Assembly: GCA_945883745.1 (NCBI GenBank) | Contig: CAMCYH010000001.1 | Location: 16,946 to 80,945, forward strand | DNA length: 64,000 nucleotides | Direction: 5' to 3' | DNA from: Candidatus Kuenenia stuttgartensis | GTDB lineage: Bacteria > Planctomycetota > Planctomycetia > Pirellulales > UBA1268 | Program-made: the position numbers and the translations under genes | Shown: positions 49,111 to 57,570 of the stretch, in pieces | How the letters are laid out: each line of letters opens with the position of its first letter | Numbering within the stretch: position 1 is the stretch's first letter | Notes under the pieces: model-generated | The model's input: the letters and a program-made list of their open reading frames with translations, nothing else | Databases searched by the model: none | Told to the model about the DNA's origin: nothing

Positions 49111-50139
49111 CTAGACCGGAGAGGCCGCGAGGGCTTCCTTCACCGTCTTGATGATCGCAGCGGCAACCTTGTAAGGATCGGCATTTGATGCTGGGCGGCG
49201 ATCCTCGAGGCGGCCCTTCCAGCCGTTCTCGATCGTGCCAACCGGGATCCGAATCGATGCTCCACGGTCTGAAACACCGTAGCTGAACTGATCGATCCGA
49301 GCCGTCTCGTGCTTTCCGGTGAGCCGCTGATCGTTATCGGCACCGTACACGCTGATGTGCCGGTCGATCACGCCTCCGAACCCTTCGCAAATCCGCGTGA
49401 AGACATCCCTGTCGCCACAGGTTCGCATCAGGCCGTTGGAAAAGTTGGCGTGCATGCCAGAACCGTTCCAGTCGAGCTTGCCGAGCGGCTTCGGGTGCCA
49501 CTCGATGGCATACCCATACTTCTCACCGATCCGCTCGAGCAGATACCGGGCGACCCAGATTTCGTCGCCGGCCCGCTTGGCACCCTTGGCGAATACCTGG
49601 AATTCCCACTGTCCCGCAGCAACCTCGGCGTTGATTCCCTCGACATTGATGCCGGCATCGAGGCAGGCATCAAGATGCTCGTCCACGCAGGCCCGGCCGT
49701 GGGCGTTTTCCGCACCCACGGAGCAGTAGTACGGCCCCTGTGGGGCCGGGTAGCCACCGGCGGGGAAGCCCGGCGGATTATTGTTTTTCGTGCACCAGAG
49801 GAAATACTCCTGCTCGAAACCAAACCAGAAATCGTTGTCGTCGTCATCGATCTTCGCGCGGCCATTGCTTGCATGCGGGGTTCCATCAGGATTGAGAACC
49901 TCCGTCATGACAAGGTAGGCGTTTTTCCGCTCGGGGTCCGGGAAAATCGCGACGGGTTTCAGCAGGCAGTCGGAATCATGGCCAGTCGCCTGCTCGGTAC
50001 TGCTTCCATCAAACGACCACATCGGGCACTCCTCAAGCGAGCCCCCGAAGTTTGATCGCACTTGCGTCTTCGAACGCAGGCTTTGAGTGGGCTTGTAACC
50101 GTCGAGCCAAATGTACTCGAGTTTCGTCTTCGCGCTCAT
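49111..50139 (-). CDS. glnII: Glutamine synthetase type II (eukaryote-like GSII)
   Basis: 342 aa. N-terminus KLEYIWLDGYKPTQSLRSKT. Motifs WFGFEQEYFLW and NGSGMHANFS. The size and sequence are typical of GSII. Confidence 0.95.
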   Translation of the reverse strand: MSAKTKLEYIWLDGYKPTQSLRSKTQVRSNFGGSLEECPMWSFDGSSTEQATGHDSDCLLKPVAIFPDPERKNAYLVMTEVLNPDGTPHASNGRAKIDDDDNDFWFGFEQEYFLWCTKNNNPPGFPAGGYPAPQGPYYCSVGAENAHGRACVDEHLDACLDAGINVEGINAEVAAGQWEFQVFAKGAKRAGDEIWVARYLLERIGEKYGYAIEWHPKPLGKLDWNGSGMHANFSNGLMRTCGDRDVFTRICEGFGGVIDRHISVYGADNDQRLTGKHETARIDQFSYGVSDRGASIRIPVGTIENGWKGRLEDRRPASNADPYKVAAAIIKTVKEALAASPV

Positions 50140-50294
50140 ATCTGAAGCTAGTCCTTACTTCGGGGAGAAAAGAAAACACAAGGGCCTGGCGACCGACAGG
50201 ACTCCGCGACCTCGACCTACCGCGCCAGTCGAAAAGAATGACGCAAGCAGCCGCCTTGTCGGTGTCTGCAGGGCTTCAAGCGTTGTAGCATCTG

Positions 50295-50310
50295 TGCAAA
50301 AGGCGTGCCA
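50295..50310 (-). promoter_or_regulatory. Sigma-54 (-24/-12) promoter of glnII
   Basis: The minus strand reads TGGCACGCCTTTTGCA. This matches TGGCACG-N4-TTGCW with the exact GG/GC spacing, about 155 nt upstream of the glnII ATG. Confidence 0.7.
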
Positions 50311-50388
50311 CTTGCCGCGGAGTTTGCCGGGGTTTCTTAACCGGCTGAAACAGAAAAGGACGAGTCCGGATGAGTGATCTGGATCGCC

Positions 50389-50433
50389 CGAAAAATCGGC
50401 AACTCCCTCTTCCGCATGCGCGAAAAATCGGCA
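50389..50433. promoter_or_regulatory. Two identical 13-bp direct repeats (CGAAAAATCGGCA), candidate enhancer-binding-protein sites upstream of the sigma-54 promoter
   Basis: Copies at 50389-50401 and 50421-50433, a 32-bp period. They lie about 80-125 bp upstream of the -24 element relative to minus-strand transcription. The first copy sits inside CCGA-AAAA-TCGG dyad symmetry. Confidence 0.35.
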
Positions 50434-50439
50434 CGCCAT

Positions 50440-50856
50440 TCAGGGGCGGCTGGTCGCGCGAACGTTGGACTCTTTTGCCTCGCGATAGTCACCGCTCGGG
50501 ATCACGACCGCGTTGTGAAGCGACTGCCGATAGCAGTATGTCCAAGCTGCAACGGAGGTGCCGTCGGGCCGTGTCGCCACGGTCAGCTCCCGCTGGTAGA
50601 GCGGGTTGTCGCCGCCTGTCTCCTCATAGGCATCGAGCAGGGCGAGCTGACCGTCGGTGGCGATGATCAGGAGATCACCGTAGACGATGCCCCGCCCGTC
50701 AACCAGCGCAGGGTATGGACCGATGTCATACAGCACACCAGGCACCGTGGCGGGCCCGGCGACCGCGAGCTCCGCGATGAGCCGCTGCTGCTCGAGCCCT
50801 GCCAGACAGGGCCGCAGCGTGCCATAGACAAAAAGGAACGGAGTCGCAGGCTGCAT
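50440..50856 (-). CDS. Gamma-glutamylcyclotransferase (AIG2/GGACT-like) family protein
   Basis: N-terminal LFVYGTLR motif, 138 aa. The later Y..E pattern is typical of the GGCT fold. Confidence 0.85.
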   Translation of the reverse strand: MQPATPFLFVYGTLRPCLAGLEQQRLIAELAVAGPATVPGVLYDIGPYPALVDGRGIVYGDLLIIATDGQLALLDAYEETGGDNPLYQRELTVATRPDGTSVAAWTYCYRQSLHNAVVIPSGDYREAKESNVRATSRP

Positions 50857-50939
50857 GCCCGCGAGTATAGCTCTCCCTGTCGGGAGCGTCGGAGTTGCCC
50901 CAAGTGGAAAAGGCCATGGACGGCTCTTTCGACGGACAG

Positions 50940-52238
50940 CTAGAGCGCCCGGCGATGCTTGCGGCGTTGGCGACCGGCAGCTTGTGCGACAGCGGTGGCA
51001 ACCGGGGCTGGCGCCGCCATCGGCTCCGAGCGACTACCACGCGGAGCGGGCCTGGCCCTGCCACGCGGCGACCGACGCCGCTGCGGCTCGCGTTCCACGA
51101 CGGGCTCATGCGACGGCTCGTTTTGCCGGACGAGCGACCGCCGGATCAGCTTCTCGATGGCCTTGAGCCGCGAATGCTCCTCAGCATCACAGAAGCTCAC
51201 TGCCTCGCCAGTCTGCCCGGCTCGGCCCGTCCGGCCGATCCGATGGACGTAGGTCTCCGGCTCATGGGGTAGATCAAAATTAACGACGTGCGACACGTGA
51301 TCGACGTCGATGCCGCGGGCGGCGATGTCGGTGGCGATCAGCACTGGTGGCCGCTGGGACTTGAAGGCCGCCAACGCACGCTCTCGTTGCCCTTGGGTCT
51401 TGTTGCCGTGGATGGCAGCCGCATTGATGCCAGCCTTGTCGAGGTCGCGATGGAGCTTGTCGGCGCCGTGCTTCGTACGTGTGAAGACGATGACGCGGGG
51501 CATCGCCTCCGCCTTGAGGAGCTTGACGAGCGTCGCCTTCTTCTCCTTCTTGGGCACGAACACGACCGACTGGCTCACCGTCTCCGCCGACGTGGCCTGT
51601 GGAGTCACGTGGACCTCCAGCGGATCACGCAGCATCGTGTCGGCGAGGCTACGGACTTCGGCCGGCAGCGTGGCAGAGAAGAAGAGGGTCTGCCGCTCAC
51701 GGGGCACCATGGCGATGATCTTCCGCATGTCATGGATGAATCCCATGTCGAGCATACGGTCAGCCTCATCGAGTACGAGAAACTCCGTCGCGCGGATGTC
51801 GACCAGCCGCTGGCCGATGAGGTCGAGCAGGCGGCCCGGCGTGGCCACGAGCACATCGACGCCCTTCATCATCGCGCGGGCCTGGGGCTGCTGCCCCACA
51901 CCGCCATAGATCACGGCGGACGTGATGCCGGCATGCCGGCCGTAGGCCAGGAAACTCTGGTGGATCTGGCCGGCGAGCTCCCGCATCGGCGCGAGGATGA
52001 GCGTGCGGCAGCGTCGTGGAGCGGCGCCGCGGGGGGCGGCCAGCATGCGATCGATAAGCGGGAGGGCAAACGCGGCCGTCTTGCCCGTGCCGGTCTGGGC
52101 ACAGCCGAAGAGGTCGCGGCCAGCGAGCACGTGTGGGATCGCCTTGGCCTGGATGGGCGTGGGCGTGGCGTAGCCTTCTTCAGCAAGGCTCCGCAGCACG
52201 AGCGGCGAGAGGGCGAGGTCAGAAAAGGAAATTGGCAT
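50940..52238 (-). CDS. rhlE: DEAD-box ATP-dependent RNA helicase (RhlE-like) with basic C-terminal tail
   Basis: Q-motif region GYATPTPIQ. Motifs AQTGTGKTAAFALP, VLDEADRMLDMGF, FSATLP and HRIGRTGRAG. The C-terminus is R-rich. Start at ATG 52238 (MPISFSDL). Confidence 0.93.
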   Translation of the reverse strand: MPISFSDLALSPLVLRSLAEEGYATPTPIQAKAIPHVLAGRDLFGCAQTGTGKTAAFALPLIDRMLAAPRGAAPRRCRTLILAPMRELAGQIHQSFLAYGRHAGITSAVIYGGVGQQPQARAMMKGVDVLVATPGRLLDLIGQRLVDIRATEFLVLDEADRMLDMGFIHDMRKIIAMVPRERQTLFFSATLPAEVRSLADTMLRDPLEVHVTPQATSAETVSQSVVFVPKKEKKATLVKLLKAEAMPRVIVFTRTKHGADKLHRDLDKAGINAAAIHGNKTQGQRERALAAFKSQRPPVLIATDIAARGIDVDHVSHVVNFDLPHEPETYVHRIGRTGRAGQTGEAVSFCDAEEHSRLKAIEKLIRRSLVRQNEPSHEPVVEREPQRRRSPRGRARPAPRGSRSEPMAAPAPVATAVAQAAGRQRRKHRRAL

Positions 52239-52460
52239 GGTCTGGTTCGTATTCAAAAGACATTCCCAAAGGGGGTGTGAAAAAAGCAGCAGATACACGG
52301 TGGACCGGACGGGCATCCCGGATGAGGCCAGAGGCGACAACGCGATCCCGGTGATGGACCACTGCTTGCCGGGCAAGAGGTTTTTGGTGAAACGAGGGTT
52401 CGAAACCCGCCGGACACGAAAAACGGCCGCTGCGAAAAGAGGCGATCGCGGTGAGGAAAC

Positions 52461-52478
52461 CACGCCTGATCAGGCGTG
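52461..52478. promoter_or_regulatory. 18-bp perfect palindrome CACGCCTGATCAGGCGTG in the divergent helicase/symporter intergenic region
   Basis: Exact dyad symmetry, 223 nt upstream of the helicase ATG and 164 nt upstream of the symporter ATG. Candidate dimeric-regulator operator or a hairpin in the helicase leader. Confidence 0.35.
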
Positions 52479-52641
52479 TCCAACCACCTTCATCAATTCC
52501 GTTCTAGCTCAAGCGTACCATCGTCCTGGCCAGTTGGCAACGCGACATTGCCGGCCGAGTTGCACGATTGTGATCGATTCGCAAGGCTTTCGAGCCGGTG
52601 GGCCCGCACAACACTGCGTCTGATGGCAGACGTGCCGTCGA

Positions 52642-54147
52642 ATGAATCGATTCGTCAAACTCGCTCTCCACTGGCAAATCCTCATCGGCATGCTGGCCGG
52701 GGCGGCGATTGGTGTCGGGCTCAATGTCGGAGGGGGGCGGTCGCACGTCGTGATCGAAGACGGGCTGCCCGCCGCCATGCGGGCTGTCAGCATCGAGGAC
52801 TCGTCTGAACAGACATCAATTCGCCAGCGGATGGCGGATGGCGCGGAGAGAGTCTTCGTGATCAGGGGAGCCGGCGAGGCCCCGGCGGGAGCGGGGGCGG
52901 CGAGTGTATTTGACACGTGGTCCGAGTTCAGCCGTCAGGAACCAGCGCTTTCCGCGATCTGCGAGGCCCGGGGCCGCAGCCCGGCCCGCGTCTGGGGCGG
53001 GCGTTTTCGCCGACTCGGCGGCCTTTTTCTACGGCTGCTCAAGATGGTTGCTGTGCCGCTCATCATCACGTCGTTGGCCAGCGGCGTGCTCGGCCTCGGC
53101 GGCACCACCAGTCTGGGACGGATGTTTTCCCGCACGCTCGGCTACTACCTTGTGACAAGCTTGCTGGCCATCGTCACCGGCCTGCTCGTGGTGAACATCG
53201 TGCGGCCCGGTCTCCGCGGCGGCGGGCTGCCAGTGGCTGCGGCCGGTCACGCCGCCGACCCGGTTGCCGCGCGGGGGCTCGGTGACGTGCTCTTTTCACA
53301 AGTGGAGGCGATGATCCCGGAGAACCCGTTTGCCGCGTTGGTCGAACCCAATTTCCTCTCGATCATCACCTTCACGATTGCCTTCACCCTCTTCGCCATG
53401 CTCGTAGGAGGTGAGGTGGCGGCAGCTGTCCGTCGTGCGGCCGAGATCGGCTTTGCTGTCATGATGGCGATGACAACGGCGATCATTCGGCTCGCACCGC
53501 TGGGGGTCTTTTGTCTTGTCGCTTCCGTCACGGCCACCCAAGGGATCGGTGTGTTCGGCTCGTTGGCCTGGTACATGCTCGCCGTGGCGATCGGGCTCGT
53601 CATTCATGCGACTGTCACCTTACCGGCAATGGTCTGGCTGCTCGCGCGGAGGAGCCCGCTCGCCTTCGCTCGGGCGATGTCCCCCGCCCTCCTCACGGCG
53701 TTCTCCAGCGCCTCGAGCAACGGCACGCTCCCGCTGACGCTCTCCTGCGCCGAGCGCCGCGCCGGCATCCGTAATCGCACCGCGTCGTTCGTGCTGCCAC
53801 TCGGGGCCACGATCAACATGGATGGCACCGCACTCTACGAGGCGGTCGCCGTGCTCTTCATCGCGCAGCTGCATTTCGGTGAAAACCTTCCGTTGGTACA
53901 GCAGGTGGTGGTGTGCGTGACGGCCCTGGTGGCCAGCGTGGGCGCTGCGGGCATTCCCCACGCCGGCCTCGTCATGATGGCGATCATCCTGCAGGCCGTG
54001 GGGCTTCCGATGGAGTCGCAGGGAGTCATCTTGGCAATCGATCGCGTTCTCGACATGATGCGGACGACGGTCAACGTCTGGAGCGACTGCTGCGGTTGTG
54101 CGGTGATCGATGCGTGGGATGAGCACGAGGTGAAGGGAGTGACATGA
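52642..54147 (+). CDS. Dicarboxylate/amino acid:cation symporter (DAACS/GltP-like) with a large insertion after TM1
   Basis: Family motifs FSSASSNGTLP and GATINMDGTALYE. A non-family segment of about 95 aa lies between TM1 (WQILIGMLAGAAIGVGL) and LRLLKMVAVPLII. Confidence 0.9.
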   Translation: MNRFVKLALHWQILIGMLAGAAIGVGLNVGGGRSHVVIEDGLPAAMRAVSIEDSSEQTSIRQRMADGAERVFVIRGAGEAPAGAGAASVFDTWSEFSRQEPALSAICEARGRSPARVWGGRFRRLGGLFLRLLKMVAVPLIITSLASGVLGLGGTTSLGRMFSRTLGYYLVTSLLAIVTGLLVVNIVRPGLRGGGLPVAAAGHAADPVAARGLGDVLFSQVEAMIPENPFAALVEPNFLSIITFTIAFTLFAMLVGGEVAAAVRRAAEIGFAVMMAMTTAIIRLAPLGVFCLVASVTATQGIGVFGSLAWYMLAVAIGLVIHATVTLPAMVWLLARRSPLAFARAMSPALLTAFSSASSNGTLPLTLSCAERRAGIRNRTASFVLPLGATINMDGTALYEAVAVLFIAQLHFGENLPLVQQVVVCVTALVASVGAAGIPHAGLVMMAIILQAVGLPMESQGVILAIDRVLDMMRTTVNVWSDCCGCAVIDAWDEHEVKGVT

Positions 54148-55571
54148 GTGGAGCGCCGACGGGATCCTGGTGGCGGAGTGACGATCTGTGGGCGATGCTG
54201 ATGGCGGCTGGCCTGCTGACCATCGCCTGGTGGTGCACTGTGCCAATGAGTGAGGCCACGACGGAGCCGGGTCAGCCCGCGTTTCGCAACCTGCTTACTC
54301 CATGGCTCGCCACTCCCGGCGGGTGGTCGACCGATCCACTCCGGGCCTTCAGCGGCCCGACCGAGCCGGGTGGCCCGAGCCGGGCCTCTGCTGTGGCTGT
54401 GACCATGGCCGGCTGCGCTCTGATCGTGGCAGTCGGCCTGGCGGGCGTCGGCGTGCCGCCCGCCCGCAGTGTGCCGGCCGTCGGAGGGCTGGTCGCTCTG
54501 GCCACGCTCGCGTGGCTCGTCAACGGGCAATCCCTGAACAAGCTCCTGCAACTGGAGTATGTGTTGTGGGCTTTTGCCGGTGGCCTTTTTATCAGCAACG
54601 TGATCGGTACGCCGGCCTGGCTCAGGCCGGCACTGCGCGGCGAACTCTATATCAAGATCGGGTTGGTCCTGATGGGGGCCAGCCTGCTCTTCGGAACCCT
54701 GATGAAGCTCGGTCCGCCCGGGATTCTCGTCTCGTGGGTCACGACACCGATCGTGCTCGTCACCACGTATCTCTTCGGGCAGCGGGTGCTGAAGATCGAG
54801 TCGCGCTCGCTGAATCTCGTGCTTTCGGCCGACATGAGCGTATGTGGCGTATCAGCGGCGGTGGCGACAGCTGCAGCCTGCCGGGCCAAAAAGGAAGAGC
54901 TCTCGATTGCCATCGGTATCTCGCTGGCCTTCACGGTGATCATGATGTTTGCCCTCCCGATGGCGATCGAGGCAATGGGGCTCGACCAGGTGCTCGCCGG
55001 GGCATGGATCGGCGGAACGGTCGACTCCACCGGCGCTGTTGTGGCTGCAGGAGAACTCGTGGGCCCGGTCGCTCGTGACGTGGCCGCGTCGGTGAAACTC
55101 ATCCAGAACGTCCTGATCGGTGTGATCTCGCTCGCTGTGGCGGCCTGGTGGGCCCGGACAGAAGACGACGGTGCTGCCTCGCTTGCTGTGCGGCCGGCAG
55201 CAACGCTGTCAGCTGGCAACATGGTGGCTGAGATCTGGCGCCGGATGCCCAAGTTTGTCTTCGGCTTTCTCGGTGCGTCAGCCCTGTTCACCCTCCTCGC
55301 CGCGAGCGGGCCGGGGCGGGATGTCGCCGTGGCGACGATGCTGAAGGGCCCGGTGAAGATGATGCAGTCGTGGTGCTTCTGCCTGGGTTTTGTCAGCATC
55401 GGACTGGAGACCGAAGTTCGCCGGCTTGCCACGGCGATGGGCTCCTGGAAGCCGGTCGCCCTCTACGTGTGTGGGCAGACTTTCAATCTGTTTCTCACAT
55501 TTGTCATGGCATGGCTCGCATTTCGGGTAATTTTCCCTGACGTCGCCGCTCGCCTCGCAGGAGGCGGCTGA
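54144..55571 (+). CDS. YeiH/UPF0324-family putative sulfate-exporter-type membrane protein
   Basis: Polytopic protein with the characteristic SADMSVCGVSAAVATAAACRAKKEELSIAIG region. Its start overlaps the upstream stop (ATGA at 54144-54147). Confidence 0.8.
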   Translation: MSGAPTGSWWRSDDLWAMLMAAGLLTIAWWCTVPMSEATTEPGQPAFRNLLTPWLATPGGWSTDPLRAFSGPTEPGGPSRASAVAVTMAGCALIVAVGLAGVGVPPARSVPAVGGLVALATLAWLVNGQSLNKLLQLEYVLWAFAGGLFISNVIGTPAWLRPALRGELYIKIGLVLMGASLLFGTLMKLGPPGILVSWVTTPIVLVTTYLFGQRVLKIESRSLNLVLSADMSVCGVSAAVATAAACRAKKEELSIAIGISLAFTVIMMFALPMAIEAMGLDQVLAGAWIGGTVDSTGAVVAAGELVGPVARDVAASVKLIQNVLIGVISLAVAAWWARTEDDGAASLAVRPAATLSAGNMVAEIWRRMPKFVFGFLGASALFTLLAASGPGRDVAVATMLKGPVKMMQSWCFCLGFVSIGLETEVRRLATAMGSWKPVALYVCGQTFNLFLTFVMAWLAFRVIFPDVAARLAGGG

Positions 55572-55580
55572 AGTCGCCAT

Positions 55581-55611
55581 GCATCAACACTGATGCCGAC
55601 GGTGACGTCAC
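55581..55611. terminator. Two short hairpins between convergent genes (GCATCA-ACAC-TGATGC and palindrome GTGACGTCAC)
   Basis: Seen in the 71-bp gap between the YeiH-like and PQQ-propeller genes. The stems are short and there is no U-tract, so support is weak. Confidence 0.3.
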
Positions 55612-55642
55612 GATGACAGAGCCGGAGAGACTCGCCGATCGG

Positions 55643-56962
55643 TCAGTTCGCCCGGATCGCGTAGAGCGCATCATAGGAGCGGATGTAGAGCGTGCCATTG
55701 GCGACCAGCAGTGAGGCGGTGATCGCCTCACCGATGTCGATCGAGTCGAGCAACTCGAAATCTCGACCCGCCCTCACCACCGAAACCCATCCATCGTTTG
55801 AGCCGAACGAGAGCCGACCGTCCACAAGGAGCGGGCTGGTGCGGTGCTGACTGGTATGGGTCCGCTTTACGTACACGTCCTTGCCCGTCTCGAGATCCAC
55901 GCACTGTAACTTGCCATCTTTATGCAACAGGTAGACGAGCCCATCGTGGATGACTGGCGTGCTCACGTCGGGGGTGAGCGGGTTGATCCAACGGATGACC
56001 GCGGCCTTGTCGGAGCAGTCGCCGACGAGGTCGTCATTGACCCTCAAGGCGACGGTGGGGCCGCTCTTGCAGGTGGGAATGATAATGGTGCCGGGCACAA
56101 CACCGGGCGAGGCAACGAGCCGAAACGTCTGGTCGTGGGGCTTGGGATTGGTCGCAGTCGGCCCGTTGAGCCCACCAAACCGCCAGAGCTCGCGCCCATC
56201 CTCGAGAGCATGGCCCGTCGTGCAGTCGGCCCCGTGGGCCACAAGAAACTCGCGGGTGTCATCGCGATAGAGCATCGGCGAGGCATACGAATGCTTGCAC
56301 TCAAACTGCGCGTCGGTGACCCGATCGACCTCCCAGATGGTCCTCCCGGTCTTTTTGTCGAGCTTGATCACCTTTCCGGTGCGGGTCTGGTCGTCGAGCT
56401 TCATCGGGCCATGAATCAGTTGCAGGTAAAGAAAGTCACCATCGAGCACCGGGGTCGATGTCATCCCGAATTGGATGTCAATCGGGCCAAACCGCTCATT
56501 GGTATCAAGCCGCCAGACCTCAGCGCCGTCGACCGCGTAGCAGGCCAGGATGCCCGTGCCAAAGAATGCCCACACATGCTCGCCATCAGTTGACGGCGAC
56601 GGTGAAGCTGAATTGCCTTCGCCAGCCCGGGCGTCCTGATTGCCGGAGCAGGCCGTCCGCTTCCATTTGATGGATCCGTTCTCCGCGGCGACGCATAGCA
56701 GCACAAGGTCGTCACCCTCATTGCTGGTCAGGTAGATGCGGTCGCCCCACACGCACGGCGTAGCTCCGGCACGACCTGGCAGGGGCGTTCGCCAGGCGAC
56801 GTTGACGGTTTTTGACCATGAGGTTGGCACCCCGTGCTCCGTGGAGATACCGTCGTTCAGCGGCCCCCGCCACTGCGGCCAGTTGTCGGCGCGGCCCGCC
56901 GAGGCGGCCCCGAGAACCAGCGCGGCGACCACAGCCACAATGTCTGTGCGACGATCTTCCAT
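55643..56962 (-). CDS. PQQ-like (BamB-type) beta-propeller repeat protein, secreted
   Basis: Signal-like N-terminus followed by DNWPQWRGP and repeated G..Y.....G.L.A.D propeller blades. Its start overlaps the upstream stop (TGATG, or GTGA if GTG 56965 is used). Confidence 0.85.
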   Translation of the reverse strand: MEDRRTDIVAVVAALVLGAASAGRADNWPQWRGPLNDGISTEHGVPTSWSKTVNVAWRTPLPGRAGATPCVWGDRIYLTSNEGDDLVLLCVAAENGSIKWKRTACSGNQDARAGEGNSASPSPSTDGEHVWAFFGTGILACYAVDGAEVWRLDTNERFGPIDIQFGMTSTPVLDGDFLYLQLIHGPMKLDDQTRTGKVIKLDKKTGRTIWEVDRVTDAQFECKHSYASPMLYRDDTREFLVAHGADCTTGHALEDGRELWRFGGLNGPTATNPKPHDQTFRLVASPGVVPGTIIIPTCKSGPTVALRVNDDLVGDCSDKAAVIRWINPLTPDVSTPVIHDGLVYLLHKDGKLQCVDLETGKDVYVKRTHTSQHRTSPLLVDGRLSFGSNDGWVSVVRAGRDFELLDSIDIGEAITASLLVANGTLYIRSYDALYAIRAN

Positions 56963-57483
56963 CACCCTCTCCGTGCTGTCTTCTTCGTGGCCCGGGTCTT
57001 TTGAACGGGCCGCTTTTTCGTGGTCTGCACGGCCGCCTTTGCGGATTTCTTGGCGGCCTTTTTTTTCGTCTGCTTCGCGCTGCTCTTTTTGGCAACCTTT
57101 TTGGCCGTCGTCTTGCGGCGGGCGGCCTTCCGAGCCGGTCGAATCAACCGGGCTTCGGCCACCTCGTCAAGAAAGTCATGGGCCGTCGCGGTCAGGTCGG
57201 CTTCCGAGAGTGGCTCCACTTCGTCCATGATCAGAAGCGAGAGATCACCCCGCTGCTGTGCCGTCATGAGCGTCTTGTATTCATCGAGGGTGAGGTCGTC
57301 ATGGTCGTCATCCTCACTGGTGAGAAATTCAAAACCGATTCTGTTCTTGGCGTCCCAGCCATCGATATGAAACGTCACGCCGTACTCCCGAAACATGATG
57401 TTGCGAGCGATCGCGTACCCACGGGCGCGGAACAGGCGGGCAAGGAGTTCGCAGGCTCTGGTTTCAGAAAGCGTGTCAGACAT
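56962..57483 (-). CDS. Hypothetical protein with acidic globular N-domain and Lys/Ala-rich histone-H1-like C-terminal tail
   Basis: 173 aa. Residues 1 to about 115 form an alpha/beta-looking domain (FHIDGWDAKNRIGFEFLTSEDDDHDD). The tail is RKAARRKTTAKKVAKKSSAKQTKKKAAKKSAKAAVQTTKKRPVQKTRATKKTARRG. Confidence 0.7.
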   Translation of the reverse strand: MSDTLSETRACELLARLFRARGYAIARNIMFREYGVTFHIDGWDAKNRIGFEFLTSEDDDHDDLTLDEYKTLMTAQQRGDLSLLIMDEVEPLSEADLTATAHDFLDEVAEARLIRPARKAARRKTTAKKVAKKSSAKQTKKKAAKKSAKAAVQTTKKRPVQKTRATKKTARRG

Positions 57484-57570
57484 CAGGAGCCCCTCGACGG
57501 AAGAAGATCAAACCGGCAATTCCCGGCAAGATAGCCGATTGTTCGGGGGCGTGCCACGAGTCGGCAGAAC

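Noticed and set aside
52396-52408. GGGTTCGAAACCC, resembling a tRNA T-arm (GTTCGAA).
   Set aside because: The flanking 70 nt cannot be folded into acceptor, D and anticodon arms. The nearby CTTGCC-G-GGCAAG dyad leaves no 7-nt anticodon loop. It lies in the helicase leader, and no CCA or acceptor pairing is visible.
52535-52552. Sigma-54-like sequence TGGCAACGCGACATTGCC upstream of the DAACS symporter.
   Set aside because: The GG-to-GC spacing is 2 nt longer than the invariant -24/-12 spacing, so it is unlikely to be functional.
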